The translations under genes were made by a program, and so were the position numbers. A stretch of 64,000 nt of DNA from assembly GCA_050014195.1 (NCBI GenBank), contig JBEKDT010000013.1, positions 64,001 through 128,000 on the forward strand, written 5' to 3'. This document shows positions 21,350 through 31,804 of the stretch, piece by piece; within the stretch, counting starts at the first letter, position 1, and each line of letters starts with the position of its first letter. The DNA is from Desulfomonilia bacterium (GTDB lineage Bacteria > Desulfobacterota > Desulfomonilia > UBA1062). The notes beneath the pieces are model-generated. The model had not been told where the DNA came from. It saw only the letters and a program-made list of their open reading frames with translations, and searched no databases.

Positions 21350-22801
21350 ATGAAATCAAGAGATGAAACCTTTGCAAAATTGAATGCCGCCCTGAAATAC
21401 CAAAAGAAGAGACAGACCCACTGGGACAATATCGCCCGAAAGAAAGACCATTGGCAGTCTATAGGTGCCTATTACCATTCAAGGTTAAGCCATATCTATA
21501 CCCACTTGGTCTCGCCTGGCCAAAAGGTGCTTGAGCTGGGCTGCGGCACAGGTGAATTGCTGGCTTCACTCAAACCATCCTTGGGTGTTGGTGTCGATCT
21601 TTCTGGTGAGATGGTGAAGCGTGCAGCCACGAAATTTCCTGATTTGCGTTTTATCCAGGCTGATTCCCATGATTTGGTATTGAATGAAACTTTTGATATT
21701 ATTATTTTATCAGACATTTTGAATGAGCTCTGGGATGTCCAGAGTGTATTCGAGAGACTTCAGAGTGTGTCGGACTCGAGGACACGCATTATAATTAACA
21801 GCTATAGCCAAGTATGGCAGCTTCCCTTGGCATTCGGTCAAATATTTGGTCTATCCACACCGCTTTTGACCCAGAATTGGCTTACCGTAGATGACATTGA
21901 GAATATGCTTGGTCTAACGGGGTTTGAGGTGATAAGGCACTGGCCTGAGATTCTCTGGCCATTCAATACTCCGATTGTTTCAGAAATATTTAACAAATAT
22001 GTTGTAAGATTGTGGCCGTTTTTTTACCTTGCACTCACCAATTTCATTATTGCACGGAAGCGGCAAGTTCCTTCTGAAAAGGAAAGCCTTGTCTCCGTGA
22101 TCATACCCGCCCGAAATGAGGCGGGTAATATCGAGGAGATCATCCGACGTACACCTGAGATGGGTAGGGAAACCGAATTGGTCTTTGTAGAAGGCAATTC
22201 CAGAGACCACACCTATGAAGCAATCGAGAGGGCCATCGCTCACCATCCTGAGAAAAAAATCAAACTTTTTAAGCAAAAGGGCAAGGGGAAGGGTGATGCC
22301 GTTCGTCTAGGCTTTCAGAATGCATCGGGGGATATCTTTATGATCCTTGATGCTGATATGACTGTACCACCTGAAGATCTCCCTAGGTTCTATAATGCCA
22401 TTATCTCAGGTGAAGGGGAATTCATCAACGGAGTAAGACTGATCTATCCCATGGAAAAACAGGCCATGCGTTATTTGAACCTTGTGGGAAACAAATTCTT
22501 CTCCATGGCCTTTTCCTGGTTGCTTGGCCAGCCCATCAAAGACACCTTATGCGGAACGAAGGTGCTCAGAAAACAGGACTATGAGAAGATAGTACGAAAT
22601 AGGTCTTACTTTGGTGACTTCGATCCTTTCGGTGACTTCGACCTCCTTTTTGGTGCAGCCAAACAGAATCTGAAGATAGTCGAGATGCCTATCCGCTATG
22701 CAGAGAGGATGTACGGTACGACGAATATTGATCGTTGGCGACACGGCTTAGTCCTTCTCAGGATGGTGTTGTTTGCATTAAAACGTATCAAATTCTTATG
22801 A
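21350..22801 (+). CDS. SAM methyltransferase - GT2 (DPM1-like) fusion
   Basis: N-terminal VLELGCGTG; C-terminal IIPARNEAG, GKGDAV, ILDAD, DTLCGTK. Confidence 0.88.
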   Translation: MKSRDETFAKLNAALKYQKKRQTHWDNIARKKDHWQSIGAYYHSRLSHIYTHLVSPGQKVLELGCGTGELLASLKPSLGVGVDLSGEMVKRAATKFPDLRFIQADSHDLVLNETFDIIILSDILNELWDVQSVFERLQSVSDSRTRIIINSYSQVWQLPLAFGQIFGLSTPLLTQNWLTVDDIENMLGLTGFEVIRHWPEILWPFNTPIVSEIFNKYVVRLWPFFYLALTNFIIARKRQVPSEKESLVSVIIPARNEAGNIEEIIRRTPEMGRETELVFVEGNSRDHTYEAIERAIAHHPEKKIKLFKQKGKGKGDAVRLGFQNASGDIFMILDADMTVPPEDLPRFYNAIISGEGEFINGVRLIYPMEKQAMRYLNLVGNKFFSMAFSWLLGQPIKDTLCGTKVLRKQDYEKIVRNRSYFGDFDPFGDFDLLFGAAKQNLKIVEMPIRYAERMYGTTNIDRWRHGLVLLRMVLFALKRIKFL

Positions 22802-22895
22802 GCCGAGTAAACATACTCATGGTAGGTAATAAGCTCACACGCCGATACACTTCTGAGCATTTATATAAATTTTTTTAAGGGAAAAGAACTGATAG

Positions 22896-24911
22896 ATGAA
22901 CTTACTTCATAGCCTTAAGGACAGGAATGTTCCGGCATCAGTCATACCAATCTTGATTGTTCTGCTCATTATTGTCAGCATCCTATTCGTATATGCACAG
23001 GTCGGAAGCCATGAATTTATTAATTTTGATGATCAATTGTATGTAACGGACAATCCTATAGTAAAAGCCGGTGTTACTTGGAATGGTATTAAATGGGCAT
23101 TCAGTTTTTCTGATAGAACATATTGGCATCCGCTCACATGGCTTTCCCATATGGTGGACTGTGAGTTGTTCGGCCTTAACCCTGGAAAGCATCATCTCGT
23201 GAATGTTTTCTTGCATATCATCAACAGTATTTTGTTGTTTTTGGTTTTTATGATGATGACAGGAACTCTTTGGAGGAGTGCTTTTGTAGCTTTTTTATTT
23301 GCTTTGCATCCTATCAATGTAGATTCTGTGGCTTGGATTGCCGAAAGAAAAAATCTATTAAGCACATTATTCTGCATGTTAACCATAATGGCATATATCT
23401 ATTACTCACGCAGACCTTCTTTTTATAAATATATTCTCATTCTATTTGTTTTCACGCTTGGACTTCTTTCAAAACCCATGCTTATCTCTATTCCTTTTGT
23501 TCTCATATTACTTGATTTTTGGCCGCTTAAAAGAATTAATTTTGATTCTTTGTTGACCAGAGAACAAATATCAATAGGAATCAGCAATGGAAGACGAGCC
23601 CAAAGAACACAAGCGCTCAAATTGATAATTGAAAAAATTCCACTTCTCATTCTATCTCTTGTAATTATCGGTACATCTATCATCTCATTTCAGCACCATA
23701 GTGATGTTATTTCATCAAACTTAATAAGTACAAAGTTACGTGTGGCTAATGCCATGGTTTCTTATGTTAACTATATGGGTAAACTGATTTGGCCGAGAAA
23801 CTTGACAATATACTATCCATATCCAGCCAGTCTGCCCATGTGGGAAGTGATTGGAGCCAGTGTTTTTATTTGTACTGTGACTATTCTGGCGGGCCTTTAT
23901 GCAAAAAAATTACCATACCTAATCGTTGGGTGGCTCTGGTACCTAGGAACTTTGGTGCCTGTGAGTGGGTTGATCCAGGTGGGGCTCTGGCCTGCCATGG
24001 CTGAGCGATGGGTTTACATCCCTGCAATTGGATTATTTATGCTGGTAGCATGGTTGATTCCCGACTTGGTTTCAGAGTTCAGGTTTAAAAAACTTGTCTT
24101 GAGTACACTGGCTGTTATGGTGATCTGTATACTAATGATCTTAACATGGAGGCAAACCGGATATTGGAAAAATGATTTTATATTGTTTTCCCATGCACTA
24201 CAGGTCAATGAAAGAAACAGTATTGCATACAGTAATTTGGGCGATTATTACTTAAATATCAATAGGCCTGGAGAAGCGATAGAATATTACGATAAATCTA
24301 TAAAAATAAATCCATATGACCCTCTCGTTCAGAACAACTTTGCAATAGCCTTGCTCAAAGAAGGGCGTTATGAAGAATCTATTAAATACTTTAAAAAAGC
24401 TATCTTGAGTTATCCCAGAGATCCGCAATTATATAGTGGTCTCGGGATTGCATCTGCTCATCAGAATAGAAATACAGAGGCAATAGAATATTTTTCGAAA
24501 TCCTTAGATATTGACCCCGGCAATGCTGAAGTACATTTTGAGCTTGCTTATATTCTCAGTGAAGAGAGAAGATTTGATGAAGCCATAATTAATTTTAAAA
24601 AAGTCCTTTCTATAAATTCTTCTCATGTTGGATCATTGTTTGGGCTATCAGCCGCATATAGCCAAAAAAAGGACTATAATGCATCGATGACTTTATTAAA
24701 GAAACTTCTTGATATTCAACCTGATAACCCCAATGTTTATTATAACATAGCCTGTATCTATGCTAAACAGAACAAGGCAGATGAATCTGTTAGTTGGTTG
24801 AATAAAGCTGTTCAGAAGGGATTCAACAAATGGAACCTTATGAAATCGGATAGTGATCTGGATAATATTCGGGGGAACAGGGAATATTTTGATATTATTA
24901 AGGGAAAATGA
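22896..24911 (+). CDS. TMTC-like GT-C + TPR (paralogue 3)
   Basis: FINFDDQLY, YWHPLTW, LFALHPINVDSVAWIAERK, AERWVYIP, TPRs, YYNIACIYA module. Confidence 0.82.
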   Translation: MNLLHSLKDRNVPASVIPILIVLLIIVSILFVYAQVGSHEFINFDDQLYVTDNPIVKAGVTWNGIKWAFSFSDRTYWHPLTWLSHMVDCELFGLNPGKHHLVNVFLHIINSILLFLVFMMMTGTLWRSAFVAFLFALHPINVDSVAWIAERKNLLSTLFCMLTIMAYIYYSRRPSFYKYILILFVFTLGLLSKPMLISIPFVLILLDFWPLKRINFDSLLTREQISIGISNGRRAQRTQALKLIIEKIPLLILSLVIIGTSIISFQHHSDVISSNLISTKLRVANAMVSYVNYMGKLIWPRNLTIYYPYPASLPMWEVIGASVFICTVTILAGLYAKKLPYLIVGWLWYLGTLVPVSGLIQVGLWPAMAERWVYIPAIGLFMLVAWLIPDLVSEFRFKKLVLSTLAVMVICILMILTWRQTGYWKNDFILFSHALQVNERNSIAYSNLGDYYLNINRPGEAIEYYDKSIKINPYDPLVQNNFAIALLKEGRYEESIKYFKKAILSYPRDPQLYSGLGIASAHQNRNTEAIEYFSKSLDIDPGNAEVHFELAYILSEERRFDEAIINFKKVLSINSSHVGSLFGLSAAYSQKKDYNASMTLLKKLLDIQPDNPNVYYNIACIYAKQNKADESVSWLNKAVQKGFNKWNLMKSDSDLDNIRGNREYFDIIKGK

Positions 24912-25111
24912 ATATATATTACAATATAGCATGTGTTTATGCGAAGCAAAATATGGTTACTGAATCAGTGTCATGGTTAGGCAAGGCGATTCAAATGGGA
25001 TTCAGCAATTACGATTTGATAAAGACAGACCCTGATCTTGCTCATATCAGAGATACCGAACTCATGAATAATATTTTGAAATCTGTTAATGCCAAGAGTA
25101 TAATAAAATAG
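24908..25111 (+). CDS. stand-alone copy of the TPR C-terminal end module (small protein or gene remnant)
   Basis: YYNIACVYAKQN...WLGKAIQMGF...IKTDPDLAHIR repeats the tail of the upstream gene; ATGA overlap. Confidence 0.65.
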   Translation: MNIYYNIACVYAKQNMVTESVSWLGKAIQMGFSNYDLIKTDPDLAHIRDTELMNNILKSVNAKSIIK

Positions 25112-25210
25112 TAAGCAGAGAATAATTTTCTTATTGATGTTCTATTAAAAGGTTTGAATGGAATTAACCGATTAGAAGGATGAGAGCCATTTAAAACTGC
25201 AGGTGGAATA

Positions 25211-26158
25211 ATGAATGTCACAATAGTCGTACCTGTCTACAACAGCAGTACCATACTTCCCGATCTCGTAGTACGGCTGAATCCTGTCCTAGCAGCCAAC
25301 TATGAAACATATGAGCTTATTCTTGTGAATGATGGGAGTAGGGATGAAAGCTGGAATGTTATATGCTCTTTGGTTTCCCAGCATTCTTGGATCCGGGGAG
25401 TAAATCTCATGAGGAACTATGGACAGCACAATGCTATTCTCTGCGGCATCCGTTTGGCTCAATTTGAAGCCATCGTGACCATGGATGATGACCTTCAGCA
25501 TCCGCCCGAAGAGATTCCTCGGCTCACAAATAAGCTGAGCGAAGGATATGATGTCGTTTACGGAACGCCCATAGAACAGAAGCATGGATTATGGAGGGAC
25601 ATGGCCTCCATCATCACGAAGGCATCACTGCAAGCCGCTATCGGGGCTGAAACGGCAAGAATGGTAAGCGCGTTCAGGGTATTTCGAACACAAGTCAGAA
25701 AAGCCTTTGAAGATTATCGTGGGTCTTTTGTTTCATTGGATGTTTTGCTCACCTGGGGCACGACGCACTTTACTGCTGTTCCGGTCAGACATGACCAAAG
25801 AAAGAAGGGGATCTCAAACTATACTATCTGGAAATTGATTAACCATGCCGTGAACATGATGACCGGATTCAGCCCTGTGCCGCTTCAGCTTGCAAGCATT
25901 ATAGGGTTCCTGTTCACAATCTTTGGATTTGTAATACTCGTATATGTAGTAGGGAATTATTTTATTCATGGAGGCAGTGTACCGGGATTCTCCTTCCTGG
26001 CATGCATGATAGCCATATTCTCCGGGGTTCAGCTCCTGATGCTTGGCATCTTCGGCGAGTACCTTGCCCGTGTCCATTTCCGCACCATGGATCGGCCCAG
26101 CAGCATCATCCGAGAAATCAGAGAGCCGCGATCTAACGTTGAAGAAGACCGTATATGA
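25211..26158 (+). CDS. GT2 ArnC/GtrB-like undecaprenyl-phosphate glycosyltransferase
   Basis: VNDGSRD, RNYGQHNA, MDDDLQHPPE, two TMs, GIFGEYLAR. Confidence 0.9.
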   Translation: MNVTIVVPVYNSSTILPDLVVRLNPVLAANYETYELILVNDGSRDESWNVICSLVSQHSWIRGVNLMRNYGQHNAILCGIRLAQFEAIVTMDDDLQHPPEEIPRLTNKLSEGYDVVYGTPIEQKHGLWRDMASIITKASLQAAIGAETARMVSAFRVFRTQVRKAFEDYRGSFVSLDVLLTWGTTHFTAVPVRHDQRKKGISNYTIWKLINHAVNMMTGFSPVPLQLASIIGFLFTIFGFVILVYVVGNYFIHGGSVPGFSFLACMIAIFSGVQLLMLGIFGEYLARVHFRTMDRPSSIIREIREPRSNVEEDRI

Positions 26159-26925
26159 GTAAAGAACAAAACCCGATCTCGCTCTCAGTCCTTGATGAAG
26201 AACGTTTCGGTATAAGGATTGCTAAGGCTCCACTGGTGAAGATCGAGGCCATCCCCCATATGCTGGATTTTTGCAAAGCGAATCAGGTGGAACTCCTTAT
26301 TTCCCGCTGCTCCACAGAAGACCTGAAAGCAGCCCAGGAAATGGAGAGATTAGGTTTCTCTCTCATGGACACGCTCATATATTTTATCCGCGACCTTAAT
26401 ATAAAACCGATTTCCAATGAAGATCCAGAAGTTCATGTGAGGAATTTTGAACAGGGTGAAGAACATTCAGTCAAGTCCATAGCCAGAGAATCCTTCCATG
26501 GCTATCTCAGCCATTATCATGCAGACAGCAGGCTCGATAAAAAGAAATGTGATGAAGTCTATACTGACTGGGCTTACAGGTCTTGTGTCTCTACAATGGT
26601 AGCCGATCAAGTACTTGTTGCAGAGAAAAATGGAGAGATAATCGGTTTTGGAACCATGCGTATGAACAACGCGATAGAAGGGGAAGGCCTTCTCTTCGGG
26701 GTTGTCCCTTCATTACAGAGGCAAGGTGTTTATCGGTCAATTATAGTGAAATGCTTGCAATGGTGTACTGTAAGAAAACTTCATGTCATGACTATCTCAA
26801 CACAGATCACTAATTTGGCTAGTCAGAAGGTATGGATCCGCCTTGGATTCGAGCCGAACCATTCATACTATACTTTTCACAAGTGGTTTTCTGAGCTTGA
26901 AAACAGAGACTTTAAGAGGTCATGA
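26155..26925 (+). CDS. GNAT acetyltransferase, WecD/RffC-like (dTDP-4-amino-sugar N-acetyltransferase)
   Basis: SHYHADSRL..VYTDW, QRQG, STQITN..SQKVW...GF; next to wecE. Confidence 0.75.
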   Translation: MSKEQNPISLSVLDEERFGIRIAKAPLVKIEAIPHMLDFCKANQVELLISRCSTEDLKAAQEMERLGFSLMDTLIYFIRDLNIKPISNEDPEVHVRNFEQGEEHSVKSIARESFHGYLSHYHADSRLDKKKCDEVYTDWAYRSCVSTMVADQVLVAEKNGEIIGFGTMRMNNAIEGEGLLFGVVPSLQRQGVYRSIIVKCLQWCTVRKLHVMTISTQITNLASQKVWIRLGFEPNHSYYTFHKWFSELENRDFKRS

Positions 26926-27803
26926 GAGTCTGTACCTTCTGTGGGCAGCGATTTGCATCGAATGACTGGCAGTGCCCCCGGTGTGGATGGGCACCTTTAA
27001 TTCGCAAGGGGTTCATTTCTTTTCTTAATGAAGATCCACTATCCGGAGAGTCCTTTGATTCAGAATATTTTGCCAGGTTACACCATCTAGAAAAGGAAAA
27101 TTTCTGGTTTCAGCACCGCACAAGGCTCATTATCAGGGCTATCGAGGAGTACTTCCCCTATAGTAAGAAAATTCTTGAGATCGGATGTGGTACAGGTCTT
27201 GTCCTCTCCGAGGTCGGACGAAGTTTCTCGGATGTGTCCCTGTCAGGAAGCGATTTATTTGTGGAAGGGCTCCATTTTGCTAAGTCAAGGATGCCGGATG
27301 CTGCCTTCTACCAGATGGATGCTTGCTGCATGCCCTTTGAAGATGAATTTGACCTTATCTTGGCACTGGATGTACTCGAACATATTGAAGACGATTCCAG
27401 GGCGATAAATGAGTTATGCAGATCGCTTAAATATGGTGGAGGGTTGATCATAACTGTTCCCCAGCACCAGTGGCTCTGGTCGATTCAGGATGAGAAGGCT
27501 TATCATAAAAGAAGATATGCCAGGAAAGAGTTAATGGATAAGTTGGTAAAAAACGGATTCCAGGTTATTTATGCAACTTCCTTTATTACACTATTGCTTC
27601 CAGTATTGGTCTTTTCAAGGATTTATGGCAGGATTATTACAAGAACCCAGTATGAGTATGACCCAATGAGGGAATTAAAGATTGCTTATTCACTCAATAG
27701 GATTCTTTGTATCATATCCAAGACTGAAGAACTTTTATTGAGAGCTGGTATTTCTTTTCCTGCTGGGGGGTCGCTGCTCTGCATTGGGAGAAAAGGACGT
27801 TGA
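26922..27803 (+). CDS. class I SAM methyltransferase with N-terminal CxxC..CxxC
   Basis: LEIGCGTG, LDVLEHIEDD, HKRRY. Confidence 0.88.
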   Translation: MRVCTFCGQRFASNDWQCPRCGWAPLIRKGFISFLNEDPLSGESFDSEYFARLHHLEKENFWFQHRTRLIIRAIEEYFPYSKKILEIGCGTGLVLSEVGRSFSDVSLSGSDLFVEGLHFAKSRMPDAAFYQMDACCMPFEDEFDLILALDVLEHIEDDSRAINELCRSLKYGGGLIITVPQHQWLWSIQDEKAYHKRRYARKELMDKLVKNGFQVIYATSFITLLLPVLVFSRIYGRIITRTQYEYDPMRELKIAYSLNRILCIISKTEELLLRAGISFPAGGSLLCIGRKGR

Positions 27804-27804
27804 T

Positions 27805-28953
27805 ATGGGAGATGAAAGGATAAGGATACCGTTTAACAAACCCTTCATTGCAGGCAAGGAGCTCTACAACATCGCCCAGGCAGTGCTCAAGGGACACCTT
27901 GCCGGAGATGGGCACTTTACAAAACTCTGTCATACTTGGCTAGAAGAAAAGCTTGGCACAAGGAAAGCCCTGCTTACCCATTCTTGTACAGCAGCCCTTG
28001 AGATGTGCGCGATCCTGTGTGACATCACCCCGGGTGATGAGATCATAGTGCCATCATTCACTTTTGTTTCAACGGTCAATGCCTTTGTGCTCAGGGGAGG
28101 TGTACCGGTATTCGTAGATATAAGGTCCGATACCCTGAACATAGATGAAAAGAGGATTGATGACGCAATCACCAGGAAAACCAAGGTGATCGTTCCTGTA
28201 CATTACGCAGGTGTCCCTTGTGCCATGGATGAGATAATGCGCCTGGCCGAAAAACATAATCTGCTCGTTGTGGAAGATGCTGCACAGGCCCTGCTTTCTA
28301 CCTACAAGGGAAAGTGTCTGGGTGCAATAGGGCATTTGGGTGCATTGAGTTTTCACGAAACAAAGAACATTATCAGCGGAGAGGGTGGGGCGCTGCTGGT
28401 GAACGATGATCGATTCATAAAACGTTCTGAGATCATCAGGGAAAAAGGCACTGACAGGGCACAGTTTTTCAGGGGGGAGATCGACAAATACAGTTGGGTG
28501 GACATTGGCTCCTCATATCTTCCCAGTGAACTTATTGGCGCATTCCTCTATGCACAGATGGAACAGGCTGAGCAAATTATAGCCAAACGCCGAGGTATTT
28601 TCGATCTGTATTATTCTTTGCTAAGACCCCTTGAAGAGAAGGAACTTATCCGACTTCCATATATAACAACCAGTGATTGCTCATGTAACGGGCACATATT
28701 CTATATCATCATGAATTCTCTTGGAGACCGCACTAAACTTATAAAATATTTGAAGAAGAATGACATATTATCAGTCTTTCACTATGTGCCCTTACATTCA
28801 TCTCCTGCCGGAATTAAATATGGCAGAATTGCTGGGAGTATGGATGTTACGAATGACATCAGCGAAAGATTGCTCAGGTTGCCAATTTATTATGAGATGG
28901 AAGATGTTGATGTCATATATGTTGTTGATAGGGTTAAGAACTTTTTTAGCTGA
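27805..28953 (+). CDS. rffA: dTDP-4-amino-4,6-dideoxygalactose transaminase
   Basis: IPFNKP, SCTAALEM, SFHETKN, REKGTDR..FFRGEIDKYSWVDIGSSY, FHYVPLH (WecE). Confidence 0.92.
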   Translation: MGDERIRIPFNKPFIAGKELYNIAQAVLKGHLAGDGHFTKLCHTWLEEKLGTRKALLTHSCTAALEMCAILCDITPGDEIIVPSFTFVSTVNAFVLRGGVPVFVDIRSDTLNIDEKRIDDAITRKTKVIVPVHYAGVPCAMDEIMRLAEKHNLLVVEDAAQALLSTYKGKCLGAIGHLGALSFHETKNIISGEGGALLVNDDRFIKRSEIIREKGTDRAQFFRGEIDKYSWVDIGSSYLPSELIGAFLYAQMEQAEQIIAKRRGIFDLYYSLLRPLEEKELIRLPYITTSDCSCNGHIFYIIMNSLGDRTKLIKYLKKNDILSVFHYVPLHSSPAGIKYGRIAGSMDVTNDISERLLRLPIYYEMEDVDVIYVVDRVKNFFS

Positions 28954-28979
28954 ATGGTCAAATTTTAATAGAATATATA

Positions 28980-31742
28980 ATGGTGGGATCACCAAGTACT
29001 AGTATTAGTGAGAAGAATTTATGTTATGAGGGGATATGCTTGGACAATAGCCATAGTAGCAAAGAAATGAATAATTCTAATTCTATCTTACCCAAGCCCT
29101 TCATTTTCTATTTCATTATCATTATTCTTCCTTTTCTAATGTTTTTTTGGATGATACCTTTTATTGGCAACATTACTTTAGGTAATGATTATACTCTTTA
29201 CCCAACTGCACATCAAATGGAGCTTATGTTCTCCATAAAGACTGGATCTTTTCCTCTTTACATTCCTGGCTTCGCAGGTGGTCAATCTTCTTCAGCACTA
29301 ACTCTAGGGCAAATATTTCATCCCATATCCTGGATCTCTGCGCATATGCCTGGATATTGGGATGGGAAAGCCTTGGAATGGAATACTCTTTTCCGATTGC
29401 TCTCTCTCGGTTTAACCCAATTATTGTTATTTGAATTTTTACGGAGATTGAAATTTAATAACCTTGTCTCTTTTTTACTTTCCTTTGTGACAGTTTATAA
29501 TCTTCGAATGCTCGATTTATTTCGTTATGGAGCATCACTTGAAAGTTGGACAGGGCATCTGCTTCTTTGTACTGCAATCGGATTATATTATCTTAACCAG
29601 AAGGGCGGTTGGAAAGAACCTTTATTTATCATCGGATCAACGTACTGGCTTGTCTGTAGTGGTCATCCACAAATGATGTATTACGGTTTGCTCGGTGCCG
29701 GTCTTTTTGCTTTAATAATACCATATTTTGTGTCGATTTTCTTGCCGGAAAAAGGTGTTGAGATAAAAAATCTGATCAGATTTTGGGGGAAGACGGCCCT
29801 TTTTTGTTGTGCAGGGATTGTACTATCATCTGCATACATAGTTCCCTTTTATTTTGACTTTATGACAACTTCAGCAAGGATTGGAAAGAGTTATGAATGG
29901 GCCAATATGTATTATACTGACACATTTATAGGAACAATAAACAATTTTTTCCAGCCCCTCAGGACTACAGTGGACGGGAATTTCGGTGGAACATCATTAT
30001 TCATCATTCCTGCACTAATACCTTTATTATTATTTCTTCGTGTAAGAGTTCCACGTGTCATTTGGGCAACATGGATATTAGTCCTTTTTGCATTTTTACA
30101 TATGCAGGGTGATAGAACACCGGTTCATTATATTGTTTGGAAATGCTTGCCCTTAGCTTCTTCATTTAGGGTTGCAGGTAGGATCGCAATGATCATCCCT
30201 ATATTGTTAATGTTAATGCTTGCTTGGTTATTTCGATCAAATTCTCCTGCATCAACATCAATAAATAAAAAATTAAAAGTTAATCCTGTAATGATCTTAG
30301 CTTGCATAGGTATGCTATTAATCACAGTGTACAACTTAATCCCAAACTCTATTACTTCGAATACACATGAGTTCTGTCCGGCAAATATACATCTAATTCC
30401 AAACAGTATAATGATACTTTACATTATATTGGGGATGCTTGCTCTCCTAACATTTTGTATACATAATATCTTTAGTAACAAAAAATACATTACAGAATTT
30501 ATATTGTGCATAATTACTTGCATACAGGTTATGATACTTTTGGGATGTGGTACATGGATGGAATACAAGAAGGATACTCCCAATTTCCAGTCGATGACCT
30601 TTCAAAAAATTAAGGGGCTTGATTACCAAGGTAAAACAGGGGTGGGATTAAATCAAGCCATCATTATGAAGCAAGTAGAACGATCATATCTGGAACCCTT
30701 TCTTGGGAAGTTTTATTCTCAGCATATTAATGCTCAAAGCAATGAAGATGCCTATTCAATAATGGAAAGAGGTCGTACTCCAGATCAAGTTGTTTTAGAA
30801 GGATATAACCCTAAGAATAATAAACTAGAAAATAGGCAATTAGCTGAGAAAACTTCAGGCCATGTGAAATTGATTTATAGTTCTTTTAACCGGTTGATCT
30901 TTGAAGTCTCTTCCTTAAAACCTGGCTTTTTAGGCCTTTCCTACCCATACAATGGGCATTGGAGAGCAATACTTAAGAAGCAGTATGTTCCAGTTTATAG
31001 GGCTAATGGTGCTTCACATGCTGTATATGTACCTGCTGGTACCAATCTTGTTGAATTCAGATATTGGAGCACTGCTGCTTTTGTTGGAATAGTTTTAAGC
31101 TGTTCTATGATTATCATTATTGGATTTATTTTCATGCATAGATTTTCAACAAAAAATGTAGGATATGTATTCACAATTTTATCCCTTATTTTTAGTATAA
31201 GTATTTTTATTATTTGGTATTATAGCTTGTATACAGGCAAAAACCTTAATACGGTTTATACATGGGAATCTTCTCCTGAAACTTATAATAATCTTGCTTA
31301 TAGTAAGAGGACTGAAATGTCGTCTTCAACACTAATACCTGATTCTTTACTCAATGATCCAGGTACAGCTTATCTAAAACAATATCCATATCTGTATACT
31401 AGTGGCAAAGCTGTCGATGGTGATCGATCTCCAAAATCTGGTTTTATTACAGCTTTAGTAAACCAACCATGGTGGAGGGTAGATCTAAATCGTGTAGAGA
31501 ATATTGGTTCTATCGTTATTTATGAATCTCTTATAGGCGATAACTGGAATGTACGTCCGTTGATGTTGGCATATTCAAATGATAAAATCACATGGGGAGT
31601 AATGAAATTTTCTAATTCTGGGCCAAAAATTTGGCTTCATTTTAATAAACCTATAACTGCTCGATATGTTGAGATAATGTCTTCTGGATATTGTAAGCTC
31701 TCCTTTGATGAAGTAGAGATTTATCCCCTAATTGAAAGATAA
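28980..31742 (+). CDS. YfhO-like GT-C membrane protein with C-terminal F5/8-type C / F-type-lectin-like domain
   Basis: GNDY after TM1, GHPQ, YNGHWRA..VYRANG..AVYVPAG..VEFRY; tail AVDG..PWWRVDL..ARYVEI..EVEIY; start uncertain. Confidence 0.7.
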   Translation: MVGSPSTSISEKNLCYEGICLDNSHSSKEMNNSNSILPKPFIFYFIIIILPFLMFFWMIPFIGNITLGNDYTLYPTAHQMELMFSIKTGSFPLYIPGFAGGQSSSALTLGQIFHPISWISAHMPGYWDGKALEWNTLFRLLSLGLTQLLLFEFLRRLKFNNLVSFLLSFVTVYNLRMLDLFRYGASLESWTGHLLLCTAIGLYYLNQKGGWKEPLFIIGSTYWLVCSGHPQMMYYGLLGAGLFALIIPYFVSIFLPEKGVEIKNLIRFWGKTALFCCAGIVLSSAYIVPFYFDFMTTSARIGKSYEWANMYYTDTFIGTINNFFQPLRTTVDGNFGGTSLFIIPALIPLLLFLRVRVPRVIWATWILVLFAFLHMQGDRTPVHYIVWKCLPLASSFRVAGRIAMIIPILLMLMLAWLFRSNSPASTSINKKLKVNPVMILACIGMLLITVYNLIPNSITSNTHEFCPANIHLIPNSIMILYIILGMLALLTFCIHNIFSNKKYITEFILCIITCIQVMILLGCGTWMEYKKDTPNFQSMTFQKIKGLDYQGKTGVGLNQAIIMKQVERSYLEPFLGKFYSQHINAQSNEDAYSIMERGRTPDQVVLEGYNPKNNKLENRQLAEKTSGHVKLIYSSFNRLIFEVSSLKPGFLGLSYPYNGHWRAILKKQYVPVYRANGASHAVYVPAGTNLVEFRYWSTAAFVGIVLSCSMIIIIGFIFMHRFSTKNVGYVFTILSLIFSISIFIIWYYSLYTGKNLNTVYTWESSPETYNNLAYSKRTEMSSSTLIPDSLLNDPGTAYLKQYPYLYTSGKAVDGDRSPKSGFITALVNQPWWRVDLNRVENIGSIVIYESLIGDNWNVRPLMLAYSNDKITWGVMKFSNSGPKIWLHFNKPITARYVEIMSSGYCKLSFDEVEIYPLIER

Positions 31743-31804
31743 AAATGATATGGGATTCATCATAATCTAGCATGAAACTCAGGCCATCACCTATCAAGTA
31801 ATAA

